A stretch of 64,000 nucleotides of DNA from Alphaproteobacteria bacterium (lineage in GTDB: Bacteria > Pseudomonadota > Alphaproteobacteria > UBA828): the NCBI GenBank assembly GCA_965214705.1, contig OZ243972.1, forward strand, positions 2,464,001 to 2,528,000, in the 5' to 3' direction. Positions 20,797 to 31,480 of the stretch are shown here, piece after piece (position 1 is the stretch's first letter; every line of letters starts with the position of its first letter). Below the pieces are notes generated by a model. It was given only the letters and a program-made list of their open reading frames with translations, made no database searches and was not told the origin of the DNA. Both the position numbers and the translations under genes were made by a program.

Positions 20797-21948
20797 GTGC
20801 CGGCAAGGGAACGCAGGAAGCTCACCGACGACGCCGTCGCCGGTCTCCGCCCCCGCGCGCGGGAGTATGCCGTCTGGGACAAGAGCGCGCCCGGCCTCGG
20901 GGTCCGGGTCCGTCCGAGCGGCGCAAAGACCTGGGTTCTGCTGGAGCACGCCGGGGGGCGCTCCAGGCGCGTCTCCCTCGGCCCGGTCTCGACGAGGACC
21001 GTGGAGGAGGCGCGGCGGGAGTGCCATGAGCGCCGGGCAAGCCCGGAGACGGACAAGCCCGTCCGTCCGGCGCCCGCCGCCCCCCTGTTCCGCGAGTTCG
21101 TGGAGGATCCATGGAAGGAGGCGATTTTCGGGCGCTGCAAGCCCGCGACCGGGAAGTCCTATGCCTGCCTGCTCGATACCCGCCTCCTCCCCGCCTTCGG
21201 CGCGACCCCGCTCGACCGCATAACGCCTGCACAGGTCAGGCGCTGGTTCGACGCATTCAGCTGCGCCGCGCCCGGCAACGCCAACAACGCGCTCAAGCTG
21301 CTTCGCTCGATCTTCAACGTCGCCATCGCCCGCGGCCTCCTCGACAGCAACCCCGCGCAGGGCATCGCCCCCAACCGCCGGCCGCCGATGACGCGCTTCC
21401 TGTCGCGCGAGGAGATCGCGCGTCTTCACGCCGTCCTCGACGAAGAGGCCAAGCGGGGAGAGCGGTTCAGGCCGCAGGCCGACATCGTCCGCCTGCTGCT
21501 TCTCACCGGATGCCGCAGGGGAGAAATCGCCGGGCTCCGCTGGTCCGAGGTCCAGGGCGGCGCGCTGATGCTTGCCGACAGCAAGACCGGGCCGAGAAAG
21601 GTTCCCCTCAACGCCCAGGCCAGGAGCATCCTGGACCGCCGGAAGCGGGGAGAAAGCCGGTTCGTGTTCCCTTCGCCGCGCGATCCGTCGCGGCCGCGCG
21701 GGTCCGAACTCTCTCTCTGGTACCGGGTCCGCCGCAAGGCCGGCATCGAGGACTGCCGGCTTCACGACCTCAGGCATACCCATGCCAGCCACGCGGTAAT
21801 GAACGGCGTGCCGGTCCCTGTCGTCTCCCGGCTGCTTGGCCACTCCAATTCGCGCATGACGCTCCGCTACGCCCACCTCGGCGACCGCGACATCGAAGCC
21901 GCCGCCGAGAGGGTCGGAAAGGCCGTCGCCACGATCATGGGGCTTTAG
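20797..21948 (+). CDS. Second tandem tyrosine recombinase/integrase
   Basis: KLTDDAV..VWD..PGLGVRV; LTGCRRGE, DSKTG, HDLRH, LLGH, LRYAH. Confidence 0.92.
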   Translation: MPARERRKLTDDAVAGLRPRAREYAVWDKSAPGLGVRVRPSGAKTWVLLEHAGGRSRRVSLGPVSTRTVEEARRECHERRASPETDKPVRPAPAAPLFREFVEDPWKEAIFGRCKPATGKSYACLLDTRLLPAFGATPLDRITPAQVRRWFDAFSCAAPGNANNALKLLRSIFNVAIARGLLDSNPAQGIAPNRRPPMTRFLSREEIARLHAVLDEEAKRGERFRPQADIVRLLLLTGCRRGEIAGLRWSEVQGGALMLADSKTGPRKVPLNAQARSILDRRKRGESRFVFPSPRDPSRPRGSELSLWYRVRRKAGIEDCRLHDLRHTHASHAVMNGVPVPVVSRLLGHSNSRMTLRYAHLGDRDIEAAAERVGKAVATIMGL

Positions 21949-22050
21949 CTGGATCAGCGGCGCGCTGTTAAAAACTTTCATGGCCGGCGGCTCGGCCACC
22001 CCGTAGAATGAAAACGCGCACACGCCTCAATGTCGGGTTAGTATTCATTT

Positions 22051-22362
22051 GGCTCAAACCGCTTATGCACTTGGCTCCGGTGCCACATGATGTTGCCCCC
22101 AATGTCGGCTATTTCAGGCCCGCCAGACGCCGCATGTGGATTTCACCGGAGCATTGTGCATAAGCGGTTGGCTCAATTCGTGATCCGTAGGCATGGCCCA
22201 AACATCGCGCTGTGGCAGCCGGAATTCAGCCGATTAGTGCGAGGACGCGGTTGAATTCTCTCGCGAGAGGCCGTCTTTGGCTTCAATTTGCCGACCAGAT
22301 GCCTCGAGAGGCGCGTGCCCGCGAGCACTGGCAGCCCATGCCTACGGATCACGAATTGAGCC
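22051..22362. mobile_element. MITE with GGCTCAATTCGTG termini, carrying a nested 113-bp MITE
   Basis: IR GGCTCAATTCGTGATCCGTAGGCATGG / CCATGCCTACGGATCACGAATTGAGCC; 8-bp TSD ATTCATTT (22043-22050, 22363-22370). Confidence 0.8.
22057..22169. mobile_element. 113-bp MITE nested in the left end of the previous MITE
   Basis: 14-bp IR AACCGCTTATGCAC / GTGCATAAGCGGTT; GGCTCA duplicated at 22051-22056 and 22170-22175. Confidence 0.8.
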
Positions 22363-22600
22363 ATTCATTTTGAACGAAGCCGCTACGCGGAGTTAGCGGC
22401 GTAGAGTTCATTCATTTCCGAGGCGTCGCGGGTGCCGTTTGTTCTGTGCGTTCGCTTCCCGGTTGCGTCAGTGGCGCTCCGCCCGTCGGGTGGCGGATCC
22501 CCAGCAGCCTCCCGATCACCAGTGGTTAGCATCGACCCCTGCGACGGACCGTCGCCGGATCGGTCCGGCGGCGCGCCGTCGCGATCCAGGGAGATCGATA

Positions 22601-23479
22601 ATGACCGGGACCGCGTGCGACACGAACACCGTCACCCCTCTTCGCCAGCGCATGGAGGAGCAGCTCCGCATCGCCAATCTGGCCGCGAGCACGTCCAAGG
22701 CCTACATCTGCGAGATCAAGAACCTGGCCAGGTACTACGACGCCTCGCCGGACGAGCTCGACGCCGAGCAGGTGCGCCAGTGGTACCTGGGGCGGATCGA
22801 CAAGGGGCTCAGTCCGGGCACGACCAACGTCTCCTTCGCCGCGCTGAACTTCCTCTACATCGACACACTCGGCTGGCCTGACCATGTCGCCGGCCTGCGC
22901 TCCCGCAAGAAGCCCGGCAAGCTGCCGCGCTACATGTCGGAGCAGGAGGTCGAGCACCTCATCCTTGCGACACCCGACCTCCGCCACCGTGCTGCCATTG
23001 TCACCGGCTATGGCGGCGGGCTCCGCATCTCCGAGACCTTGGCCATCAAGGTCGGCGACATCCTGTCGGAGAAGAAGCTGCTGCACATCCCCTCCGGCAA
23101 AGGCGGCACCGAGAGAATGGCACCGTTGCCGGACATCGTCATCCACTACTTGCGCGTCTACTACAGGAACATCTGGCCGCGTCCGACGAACTGGCTCTTC
23201 TACGGCGTCTCGCTCGACAGGCCCATCGCAACGGAGACCTTGCAGGCCGCCTTCAGGAGGGCGCGCGACATTGCCGAGCTCGACCGCAGCTACACCTTCC
23301 ATTGCCTGCGCCATTCGGCGGCGACCCATCTCCTCGAGCGCGGCGGCGATATCGAGGTGATCCGGGACATGCTCGGCCATCGAAGCGCGAACACGACCCG
23401 TCACTACGCCCGCGTCACCGGCAAGATGTTCGAGGGCCTCGACCACCCGATCTCAGGCTTCGCAGCGTTGCGCAACTGA
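22601..23479 (+). CDS. Tyrosine recombinase (XerD-like) associated with IS91-like transposase
   Basis: PLRQRM N-terminus, GLRISE, GKGG, HCLRHSAATH, LGH, RHY; GGAG RBS. Confidence 0.9.
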   Translation: MTGTACDTNTVTPLRQRMEEQLRIANLAASTSKAYICEIKNLARYYDASPDELDAEQVRQWYLGRIDKGLSPGTTNVSFAALNFLYIDTLGWPDHVAGLRSRKKPGKLPRYMSEQEVEHLILATPDLRHRAAIVTGYGGGLRISETLAIKVGDILSEKKLLHIPSGKGGTERMAPLPDIVIHYLRVYYRNIWPRPTNWLFYGVSLDRPIATETLQAAFRRARDIAELDRSYTFHCLRHSAATHLLERGGDIEVIRDMLGHRSANTTRHYARVTGKMFEGLDHPISGFAALRN

Positions 23480-23485
23480 CGGCGC

Positions 23486-24727
23486 GTGGAGGCCGAACGC
23501 GCGGGCGTGGCGGAGATCTTCCGCCGCGCCGGCGCCGCTTTCCGTGAGCGCCACAAAGGGCGCATCGACGCCGCCCGGCTCAAGGTCATGGGCGCCATCG
23601 AGGCGTGCCGCACCGCCGTGCTCGGCGGCCACATGTACGCCTGCGAGGGCTGCGGGCGCGAGCATCCGCTCTTCAACTCCTGCCGCAACCGCCACTGCCC
23701 CACCTGCCAGGGTCTCGCCGCCAACCTCTGGAGCGAGGAGCGCGCCGGGGACATCCTGCCGGTGCCCTACTTCCATGTGGTCTTCACCCTGCCCAAGGAG
23801 GTTGCCGCCATTGCCTTCTGCAACCGCAGGGTGGTGTTCGACATCCTCTTCCGGGCCGTCGCCGAGACCCTGCGCACCATCGCCGCCGATCCCCGCCACG
23901 GCGGCATGCGCATCGGCGGCACCGCGGTCCTCCATACCTGGGATCAGAAGCTCCGCTTCCACCCGCACCTGCACGTGGTCGTGCCCAACGCGGGCTTCGA
24001 CGTAGACAGTGGCGAGTGGAAGACGGGGAGCACCACCTTCCTCGCCCCCGTCAAGGTCCTCGGCAGCCTGTTCCGCCGCCTCTTCCTCGAGGAGCTCGCC
24101 CGCGCCCACGGCCGGGGGGACCTGGAGTTCCACGGCACCCTCGCCCACCTCGCCAATCCCGGCGAGTTCCACGCCACGCTTGCCGCCGCCCGGGCCAGGG
24201 ACTGGGTGGTCTACGCCAAGCGGCCCTTCCGCGGGCCTGAGCAGGTCTTCCGGTACCTCTCGCACTACACGCACAGGATCGCCATCTCCGACAGCCGCAT
24301 CGTCTCCTTCGACGGCGAGACGGTCTCCTTCCGCCACCGAAAGCCCAAGGCGCCGGGGCAGAGAAAGCCGCGCTACGGCATCGCCACCGTGAGCGCCGAC
24401 GAGTTCATCCGCCGCTTCCTGAGGCACGTCCTGCCGGACGGCATGCACCGCATTCGCTACTTCGGCATCCTCGCCAACGGCTGCCGCGCCAGCACGCTGG
24501 AGAGAGCACGCCAGGCTCTCGGCGCCCTCGGCTGCGCCGCCCCCGAGGGAAGCGTGGACGGCGCTCGGGCCGAGCCCGACGAAGAGCCCGAGATCGGCAC
24601 CGCGCCCGTGGCCTGCCCCCACTGCGGCGGCGTCATGCGCCTCGTCCGCGAAATCCGCCGCCGCCATGAGCCCCGCTCGACGCGCGGCCCGCCGGCGCTG
24701 CCGCCGACCCACAGGGGGAAACCGTGA
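23486..24727 (+). CDS. IS91-family transposase (zinc-binding + Y2 domains)
   Basis: CRT..LGGH, SCRNRHCPTC, FHVVFTLP, HTW...HPHLH (HUH), YLSHY, FLRHVLP, RIRYFG. Confidence 0.92.
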   Translation: MEAERAGVAEIFRRAGAAFRERHKGRIDAARLKVMGAIEACRTAVLGGHMYACEGCGREHPLFNSCRNRHCPTCQGLAANLWSEERAGDILPVPYFHVVFTLPKEVAAIAFCNRRVVFDILFRAVAETLRTIAADPRHGGMRIGGTAVLHTWDQKLRFHPHLHVVVPNAGFDVDSGEWKTGSTTFLAPVKVLGSLFRRLFLEELARAHGRGDLEFHGTLAHLANPGEFHATLAAARARDWVVYAKRPFRGPEQVFRYLSHYTHRIAISDSRIVSFDGETVSFRHRKPKAPGQRKPRYGIATVSADEFIRRFLRHVLPDGMHRIRYFGILANGCRASTLERARQALGALGCAAPEGSVDGARAEPDEEPEIGTAPVACPHCGGVMRLVREIRRRHEPRSTRGPPALPPTHRGKP

Positions 24728-24990
24728 GACGCCCGCTCGCTTCGGCCCCGCGCAACGGCGCCAAAGCGCCGACGCACGACCGAACCTGTCTCCGCTTGAG
24801 CCGGGCTGACAGCCCTCGGCTCACACCCCGCTCAGTCCTCGCAGCGTGCGCCCGCATGCCTGCCGAAAGACCGGCGCGAGCGTCGATTTTATGCGCAACT
24901 CTGCTGCCGGTGGATGCCGCCTGACGCTGACATCAGCGCACTTTCCACATAGCTCAACTTCGCCTCTCGTGGCCCGCGGCTTCGTTCAAA

Positions 24991-25030
24991 AGGGTTGGGC
25001 AGGCTCTCGAGAGAGAGCCTGCCCAACCCT
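24991..25030. repeat. Perfect 18-bp stem hairpin with GAGA loop
   Basis: AGGGTTGGGCAGGCTCTC-GAGA-GAGAGCCTGCCCAACCCT. Confidence 0.85.
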
Positions 25031-26510
25031 TAACCTTGAGCGTCGGCCCCTCAGACCGATAGAAGCAGTAAATGTTCCTGTTCAGACATCCAGTCTTGCT
25101 GCTGCGCCGAAGCGAGGCGCTCCAGACCGCGCCGATCACGGTCGCGTTCTGGACGTTGGCTGTCATCGCTCTGACCAGCCTGCGGGATCTGCATCTTTGG
25201 GGGATGCCGCAGGTCGAGGTGGTCATCGCACGGGCGACCATGGCATGCATAGTCATCCTGGTGGGCTTGGTGGGCCTGGTTGGAATTCGATGCTTGTTTG
25301 CCTGGCGGAAGTCCGGCTCACGCGTCTCTGTCCTGAGCACAGTGGGCGGAATGCCCGGCGTGTTGTTGCTCGGTGCAGTGGCATCCTATCTGGCGATCGG
25401 CTTTGCCGTGATGGACGAGGCGGACTGGCGGCCGGGCACGGCTGAGTCACTGAGGTTTGCAGTACTCTCTTTCGGCGTGCTTGTGGCTGCCGTAGTCGGT
25501 GGCCGCGCGGTGCTGGAACGAGTCGGGGCCGACCGGTTGTTGCGGGGCGTGCTTGTCGTCCTGATTTTGAGTTGCGCCATCATTCTCGCTTCGCCGGTCC
25601 TGCGCGACCTCGGCATCCTGCCGCCTTATAGAATTCCATTCCGCCTGACCGGCGCTTTCGTCGATCCCAACGACGCCAGCTTGATCGGCAGCATGACGGT
25701 GGGACTCGCCGCGGCGTTCCTGACCAATGGCGGGCCGCGCACGCTCGGTTGGGTGGGCCTGGCCGCCGGCGTCGCCGCAAGCCTGGGGTCGGCGTCCAGA
25801 ACCGCGTTGGTCATACTCGGTGCGCTGGCGATCGTGTTCCTATTGATCCATGTCCGCAGCAAACCAAGGGCCTTCGTCCTGATTTTGGCGGCCACGGTAA
25901 TGGTCGCGATTGGAGGATTGGCCGGCGTTGCGTTCTTCTCCGGAGGCCTTTCCGAGTGGTTTAGAGCGCGGAGCGGTATCAACGACGCACTCGGGGAAAA
26001 ACTGTTCTGCGACCCTTCGCCGACCGACAGCCCTGGCACGGACTGCGCCGTCCTGCTGGCAACGAGAGACATCCTGGCCGGAGACATTGCCCTCAACTGG
26101 AGCCGCACCGTCCCCGTCAACCGCTGGCGGGGCGTGACGGTGGAAGGCCCGGAGGGACATGTCACCGGGCTGCATCTCGCGGGACTTGGATTGAACGGCC
26201 GTATCCCCCCGGATCTTGGCCGCCTGGACCGCCTCGTTTCGCTGTCCCTTGGACGCAATCGGCTCACCGGTCGCATTCCGCCCGAGCTGGGAAATCTGGC
26301 GAGCCTCAAGTATCTGGTCCTGAGCTACAACATCTTGACCGGGGCTATCCCGCCGGAGCTGGCGAACCTTGAGAACCTCAAGGAGCTGTGGCTGAGAAAC
26401 AACCGCTTGACCGGCCATGTCCCGGCCGCTCTCGCAGGGCTCGACCTGTCCGTCCTGCGTCTCTCGGGCAACGACTTCGACTCCATTCCTCCCAAAATCA
26501 ATGCCGTCGC

Positions 26511-27760
26511 CGACCACGATCTCGGCCGCTTCGTGCTCTGCCTGCCGCCGCCTCGAACCAGCCCCGCGTTGTTCGAGGACTGCACGACGCTGTTGGCGGT
26601 GAAGGACACGCTGGCCGGCGACGCCCCGCTCGACTGGCACGCGGCGGTCTCCATCGGCTTGTGGCAAGGCGTGACCGTGGGCGGTCCGGAAGGTCGTGTC
26701 ATCGCGCTGGATCTGTACGGGAAAGGGCTGAACGGACGCATTCCCCCGAGCCTCGGCAGGCTGGACGGCCTCGTCTCGTTGAACTTGGCCGCCAATCGGC
26801 TCACCGGTTCGATTCCGCCGGAGTTGGGACAACTCGTCGACCTGCGCGTCTTGGCCCTAGATCGCAACGCCCTGACCGGCACCGTCCCTGCGGAACTGGC
26901 ACGACTCCCCGGGCTCAGGGCCTTGTGGTTGAAAGAGAACCGCCTGACCGGCCCTGTTTCGCCGGCGCTGTTCGATGTCCCTGACCACGATCTCGGCCGC
27001 CTCGTGCTCTGCCTGCCGCCGCCTCGAACCAGCCCCGCGTTGTTCGAGGACTGCACGACGCTGCTGGCGGCGAAGGACACGCTGGCCGGCGACGCGCCGC
27101 TCGATTGGCACGCGGCGGTCCCCATCGGCTTGTGGCAAGGCGTGACCGTGGGCGGTCCGGAAGGTCGTGTCATCGCGCTGGATTTGTACGGGAAAGGGCT
27201 GAACGGACGCATTCCTCCGAGACTCAGCGGGCTGGACGGCCTCGTCTCGTTGAACTTGGCCGCCAATCGGCTCACCGGTTCGATTCCGCCGGAGTTGGGA
27301 CAACTCGTCGACCTGCGCGTCTTGGCCCTAGATCGCAACGCCCTGACCGGCACCGTCCCTGCGGAACTGGCACGACTCCCCGGGCTCAGGGCCTTGTGGT
27401 TGAAAGAGAACCGCCTGACCGGCCCTGTTTCGCCGGCGCTGTTCGATGTCCCTGACCACGATCTCGGCCGCCTCGTGCTCTGCCTGCCGCCGCCTCGAAC
27501 CAGCCCCGCGTTGTTCGAGGACTGCACGACGCTGCTGGCGGCGAAGGACACGCTGGCCGGCGACGCGCCGCTCGATTGGCACGCGGCGGTCCCCATCGGC
27601 TTGTGGCAAGGCGTGACCGTGGGCGGTCCGGAAGGTCGTGTCATCGCGCTGGATTTGTACGGGAAAGGGCTGAACGGACGCATTCCTCCGAGACTCGGCA
27701 GGCTGGACGGCCTCGTCTCGTTGAACTTGGCCGCCAATCGGCTCACCGGTTCGATTCCGC
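26511..27760 (+). repeat. Near-perfect 471-bp tandem repeat (about 2.6 copies) encoding LRR modules
   Basis: CCACGATCTCGGCCGC recurs at 26514, 26985 and 27456 with almost identical intervening sequence. Confidence 0.9.
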
Positions 27761-29671
27761 CAGAGTTGGGGAGCCTCGCCGGCTTGCGGTCCCTGGTGCT
27801 CGACGGCAATGCGCTGACCGGCGCCATTCCACCCGAGCTGGGGAAACTGACCGACCTGGAAAGGCTCGGGCTTGCCAAAAATGCCCTGATCGGCCCCATC
27901 CCACCGGAACTGGCGAAGCTGTCGAGCCTCGGGAAACTCTGGCTGAGCGGCAACCGCCTGACCGGTTTCCTCCCCCCCGAGCTGCGCGCGGTCGCCGGCA
28001 GGGACGCGCCCTGCCCCGCCGCTCCCGCCGACAATCCCGGTTTGCGCGCCGATTGCGCGCTCCTGCTGGCGGCGAGGGACATCCTCGCCGGCGATGCGCC
28101 GCTCGGCTGGAGCGAGGACATCCCCATCGAGATCTGGCAGGGCGTCACCGTGGGCGGCTCGCCGGAGCGGGTGACGAGGCTCGACCTGTCGAGGTCAGGT
28201 CTGAACGGGCGCATCCCGCCAGCGTTGGGCGGACTGGACAAGCTCGTTTCGCTTTGGCTCAATCGCAACCGGCTCACTGGCCCGGTGCCTCCCGAACTGG
28301 GGGAGTTGACCGACCTGGAGGTCCTGACGCTCTCCTTCAACGCCTTGAGCGGCCCGATTCCGCCGGAACTGGGGAAACTGTCGCATCTCAGGGAGTTGTG
28401 GCTGAAGCACAACCGCCTGACCGGCTCCGTGCCGCCGGAACTCGAAGGGCTGGAGAAGCTGACCTTAATACGTCTCTTTGGCAACGATCTGGAACGCCCC
28501 TATCCGCGGCGTCTCTACCGGATCGCGAGCCACGACCTGGACCTCCACGATCTGCGCCATCGTCGGTCGCTCGACGATGCAGAGGCGGCGCAGGCGGCGG
28601 ACCGCCGCATGAACCGAGATCGTCCGGATGCGGTAAGGCGCCTGTTCTGTCGACCCTCCTCCAGCGTCACTTCCGATCTGCAAGCCGACTGCGGCCTTCT
28701 GCTGGCGAACAAGGACGTCCTGGCCGGCGACGCGGCGCTTGACTGGAGCGAGGACATCCCCATCGAGTTCTGGCAGGGCGTCACCGTCGGCGGCTCGCCG
28801 AAGCGCGTGACCGCACTGGCATTGCCGCGCGCGGGACTGAACGGGCGCCTGTTCGCGGAACTCGGCGAATTGGGCGGCCTCGTCGCTCTGGACCTGAGCC
28901 ATAACCGGCTCGCCGGCCCCGTACCGCCGGAACTGGAAGGACTGGGCAATCTCTTCTTCCTGCGCCTCGCCGGCAACGACCTGAACCGCCCCTTCCCGCC
29001 GGCGCTCCACGAGATTGCCGACCATGACCTCGACGGGCCGGTTTTCTGCCGGCCGAAGAAAATCGATCCGGACCTTCTCGCCGATTGCACCCTCTTGCTG
29101 ACGGTGAGAGACAGCCTCGCCGGGGATGCGCCGCTCAACTGGCGCCGCGATGTGCCGGTCGACGACTGGCAGGGTGTCGCGGTGGATCGCTCGCGCGGCC
29201 GCGTGACGGCGCTGGACCTGACGCAAATGGGTTTGAACGGACGCATCCCCGCGGAGTTGGGGCAGCTTGCCGGACTCGCCTCCCTGCGCCTGGGCCGCAA
29301 TCGGCTTGCCGGCGACATCCCGCCCGAGCTCGGCAACCTCGCCGGTCTGCGCATGCTGGCATTGGACGGCAACCTCCTGGCCGGTTCCGTGCCGCCGGAA
29401 CTGGGCAAGCTGTCGAGGCTCACCGACCTGAGGCTGCACGGGAACCGTCTGAGCGGCCCCGCACCGCCCGCTGTGGCCGCGCTGCCAGCGTTGCGCCTGG
29501 ACGATGACGATGCGGTTGGCGAACTGCCGGCGCAGAGTCGCGGTCGGGTTCTCGACCGGAACCTGTTCTGCCAATCCTTTCCCGAAGCACTGTAAGCGGT
29601 ACGCAGACCCCATACCGGAATCTGGCTTGACTACGACGGGGATTTCTTGAGGAGCGCCGTGAGCGCGCGAG

Positions 29672-31414
29672 TCATTTTGCCTCGGGCTGGAAGTTCCACG
29701 GCAGAAGCTCCTGGATGCCCGACTGCGGGTGGCCCTTGGCGATCTTCTCGAGCGTGCTCCGCATCCAGGCGTAGGGCTCGACGCCGTTCATCTTGCAGGT
29801 CTCGATCAGCGAGGCGATGCGGGCCCAGGCTTGCGCACCCTCGTCGTTGCCGGCGAAGAGCGCGTTCTTGGCGGTGAGCTTCAGCGGCCGGATTCGGTTT
29901 TCCACCAGGTTCGAGTCGATCTCGACACGACCGTCGTGCAGGAACTCCAGCAGCCCGTCCCACTGGTTGGCGATATAGGTCAGCTTCTCGCCGAGACGCG
30001 AGCGCGGTGAGACGCGCGAGCGCTGCTCGTCGAGCCAGACACCGAAGGTGTTCACGATCGGCGCCGACTCCTCCCAACGGATCGCGCGGCGCTCCGCCGG
30101 CGGCTTGCCCCGGATCTTCTTCTCGATCGCATAGAGCTTCGCGATCCGATTCAGACCGGCCAGCGCGATCGGCGATGCGCTCGAGTCGTATACCTCTTTC
30201 AGCTTCCGTCTTACATGCGCCCAACAGAGGGCCCGCGTCACAGGGCCTTCCGCCCGGTCCGGCCGCGCCAGGATGTTGTGGCCCGAGTAGCCGTCGAGCT
30301 GCACCGTCCCCGAAAAGCCCTCCATAAGCTCGGCGCCATACTTGCCGCCGCGGCCGGGCGCATAGCGATAGACGACGCCCGGCGGGTCCGTGCCGCTCCA
30401 GTGGCGCTCGTCACGCACAAGGGTCCACATGTAGCCCGTCTTCGTCTTGCCCCGGCCCGGGTCGAGAACGCGGATCGTGGTCTCGTCCAGACCCAGGTGA
30501 TCCGACTTCTTCAGCTCATCCTCCAGGCAAGCGACCACGGGGCGCAGGTGAAACGACGCCTGGCCCACCCACGTCGCCAGCGTCGCACGGTGAACCTCGA
30601 TCCCCGAGCGCTCGTAGATCTGCGACTGGCGATAGAGCGGGCAATGATCGCCGTACTTCGCGATCAGCACCTGCGCCAGAAGAGCCTCGGTGGGAAGGCC
30701 GCCCTCGACCAGAGCGGCCGGCGCCGGCGACTGCACCACCCCGCCCCCCTTGCACTTGTTGCAGGCGTAGCGGGGGCGCACGGTCTCGATGACGGTGAAC
30801 TTCGCCGGCTCATAGTCCAGCCGCTCGCTGCGGTCCTCGCCGATCTTCGTCATCTCGCCGCAGCCGCAGGGGCACATGATCGTGTCCGGCTCGATCACCT
30901 CCTCGCGCCGGTCGACCTGGGGCCCGAAGCGCACCCCGCTGCGCGACCCCCGGGAAGAGCGCCGCCGGCGCTTGCCGCCAGCCCCCTCGTCCTGCTCCTG
31001 GTCATCTGCCTCGGGCCGACCGCCGGCTTCAGCGATCGCCGCCCAAAACTCCTCGAACGTAAGCTGGCGCTCGTCCTCGCCGAGCTTCTCGGAGCGCGGA
31101 CCGAACAGCGCCTTCCTGAGCTCCTTGTTGAGATGCTCAAGCCGGCTGATCTGCTCCGCGCTCTGCGCGTTCTCGGCCTCCAGCCGTGCCGCCCGCGCTT
31201 CCGCCGTCTGCCTCGCCGCCTCCGCCGCGCCGCGTGCCTGCTCCGCTTCGCATAGGGCTGCTTCCGTCGCCCGGCGCGCCGCGCGCTCGTCGTCAAGCTC
31301 CGCATGCAGGGCCGCCAGCGCCGCCGAAACCACCGCAGGCGACGGCGAACCGGCGCTGCTGAGGGGTGAGGGCGTGACCTTCGGCATGGGCCACCCCTTA
31401 ATCCGATTCGCCAA
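29672..31414 (-). CDS. tnpC: IS66 transposase TnpC
   Basis: LFGPRSEK, zinc finger, LDETT, LDGY, CWAHVRRK, IDSNLVENRIR. Confidence 0.95.
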   Translation of the reverse strand: MANRIKGWPMPKVTPSPLSSAGSPSPAVVSAALAALHAELDDERAARRATEAALCEAEQARGAAEAARQTAEARAARLEAENAQSAEQISRLEHLNKELRKALFGPRSEKLGEDERQLTFEEFWAAIAEAGGRPEADDQEQDEGAGGKRRRRSSRGSRSGVRFGPQVDRREEVIEPDTIMCPCGCGEMTKIGEDRSERLDYEPAKFTVIETVRPRYACNKCKGGGVVQSPAPAALVEGGLPTEALLAQVLIAKYGDHCPLYRQSQIYERSGIEVHRATLATWVGQASFHLRPVVACLEDELKKSDHLGLDETTIRVLDPGRGKTKTGYMWTLVRDERHWSGTDPPGVVYRYAPGRGGKYGAELMEGFSGTVQLDGYSGHNILARPDRAEGPVTRALCWAHVRRKLKEVYDSSASPIALAGLNRIAKLYAIEKKIRGKPPAERRAIRWEESAPIVNTFGVWLDEQRSRVSPRSRLGEKLTYIANQWDGLLEFLHDGRVEIDSNLVENRIRPLKLTAKNALFAGNDEGAQAWARIASLIETCKMNGVEPYAWMRSTLEKIAKGHPQSGIQELLPWNFQPEAK

Positions 31415-31480
31415 TGCATGACCAGGGAAAAGTGCAGGCGGGACCGCGACCGAAATCTGCGGCCCCGCCTGCGTGCCGCC

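Larger units (their letters stand above)
22368..24991 (+). mobile_element. Two-gene IS91-like element (tyrosine recombinase + Y2 HUH transposase)
   Basis: Gene pair bounded by a 16-bp inverted repeat TTTTGAACGAAGCCGC / GCGGCTTCGTTCAAAA. Confidence 0.75.

Noticed and set aside
19605-22023. Long ORFs of 474 and 798 aa overlapping the integrases, and similar antisense ORFs elsewhere (e.g. 26325-28484, 11194-12999, 31418-33526)
   Set aside because: Shadow ORFs typical of high-GC DNA, with no recognisable motifs and overlapping well-supported genes.
26511-27760. Template/variable repeats of a diversity-generating retroelement
   Set aside because: The repeats are in-frame and tandem, mismatches are not adenine-specific, and no reverse transcriptase is present in the window.
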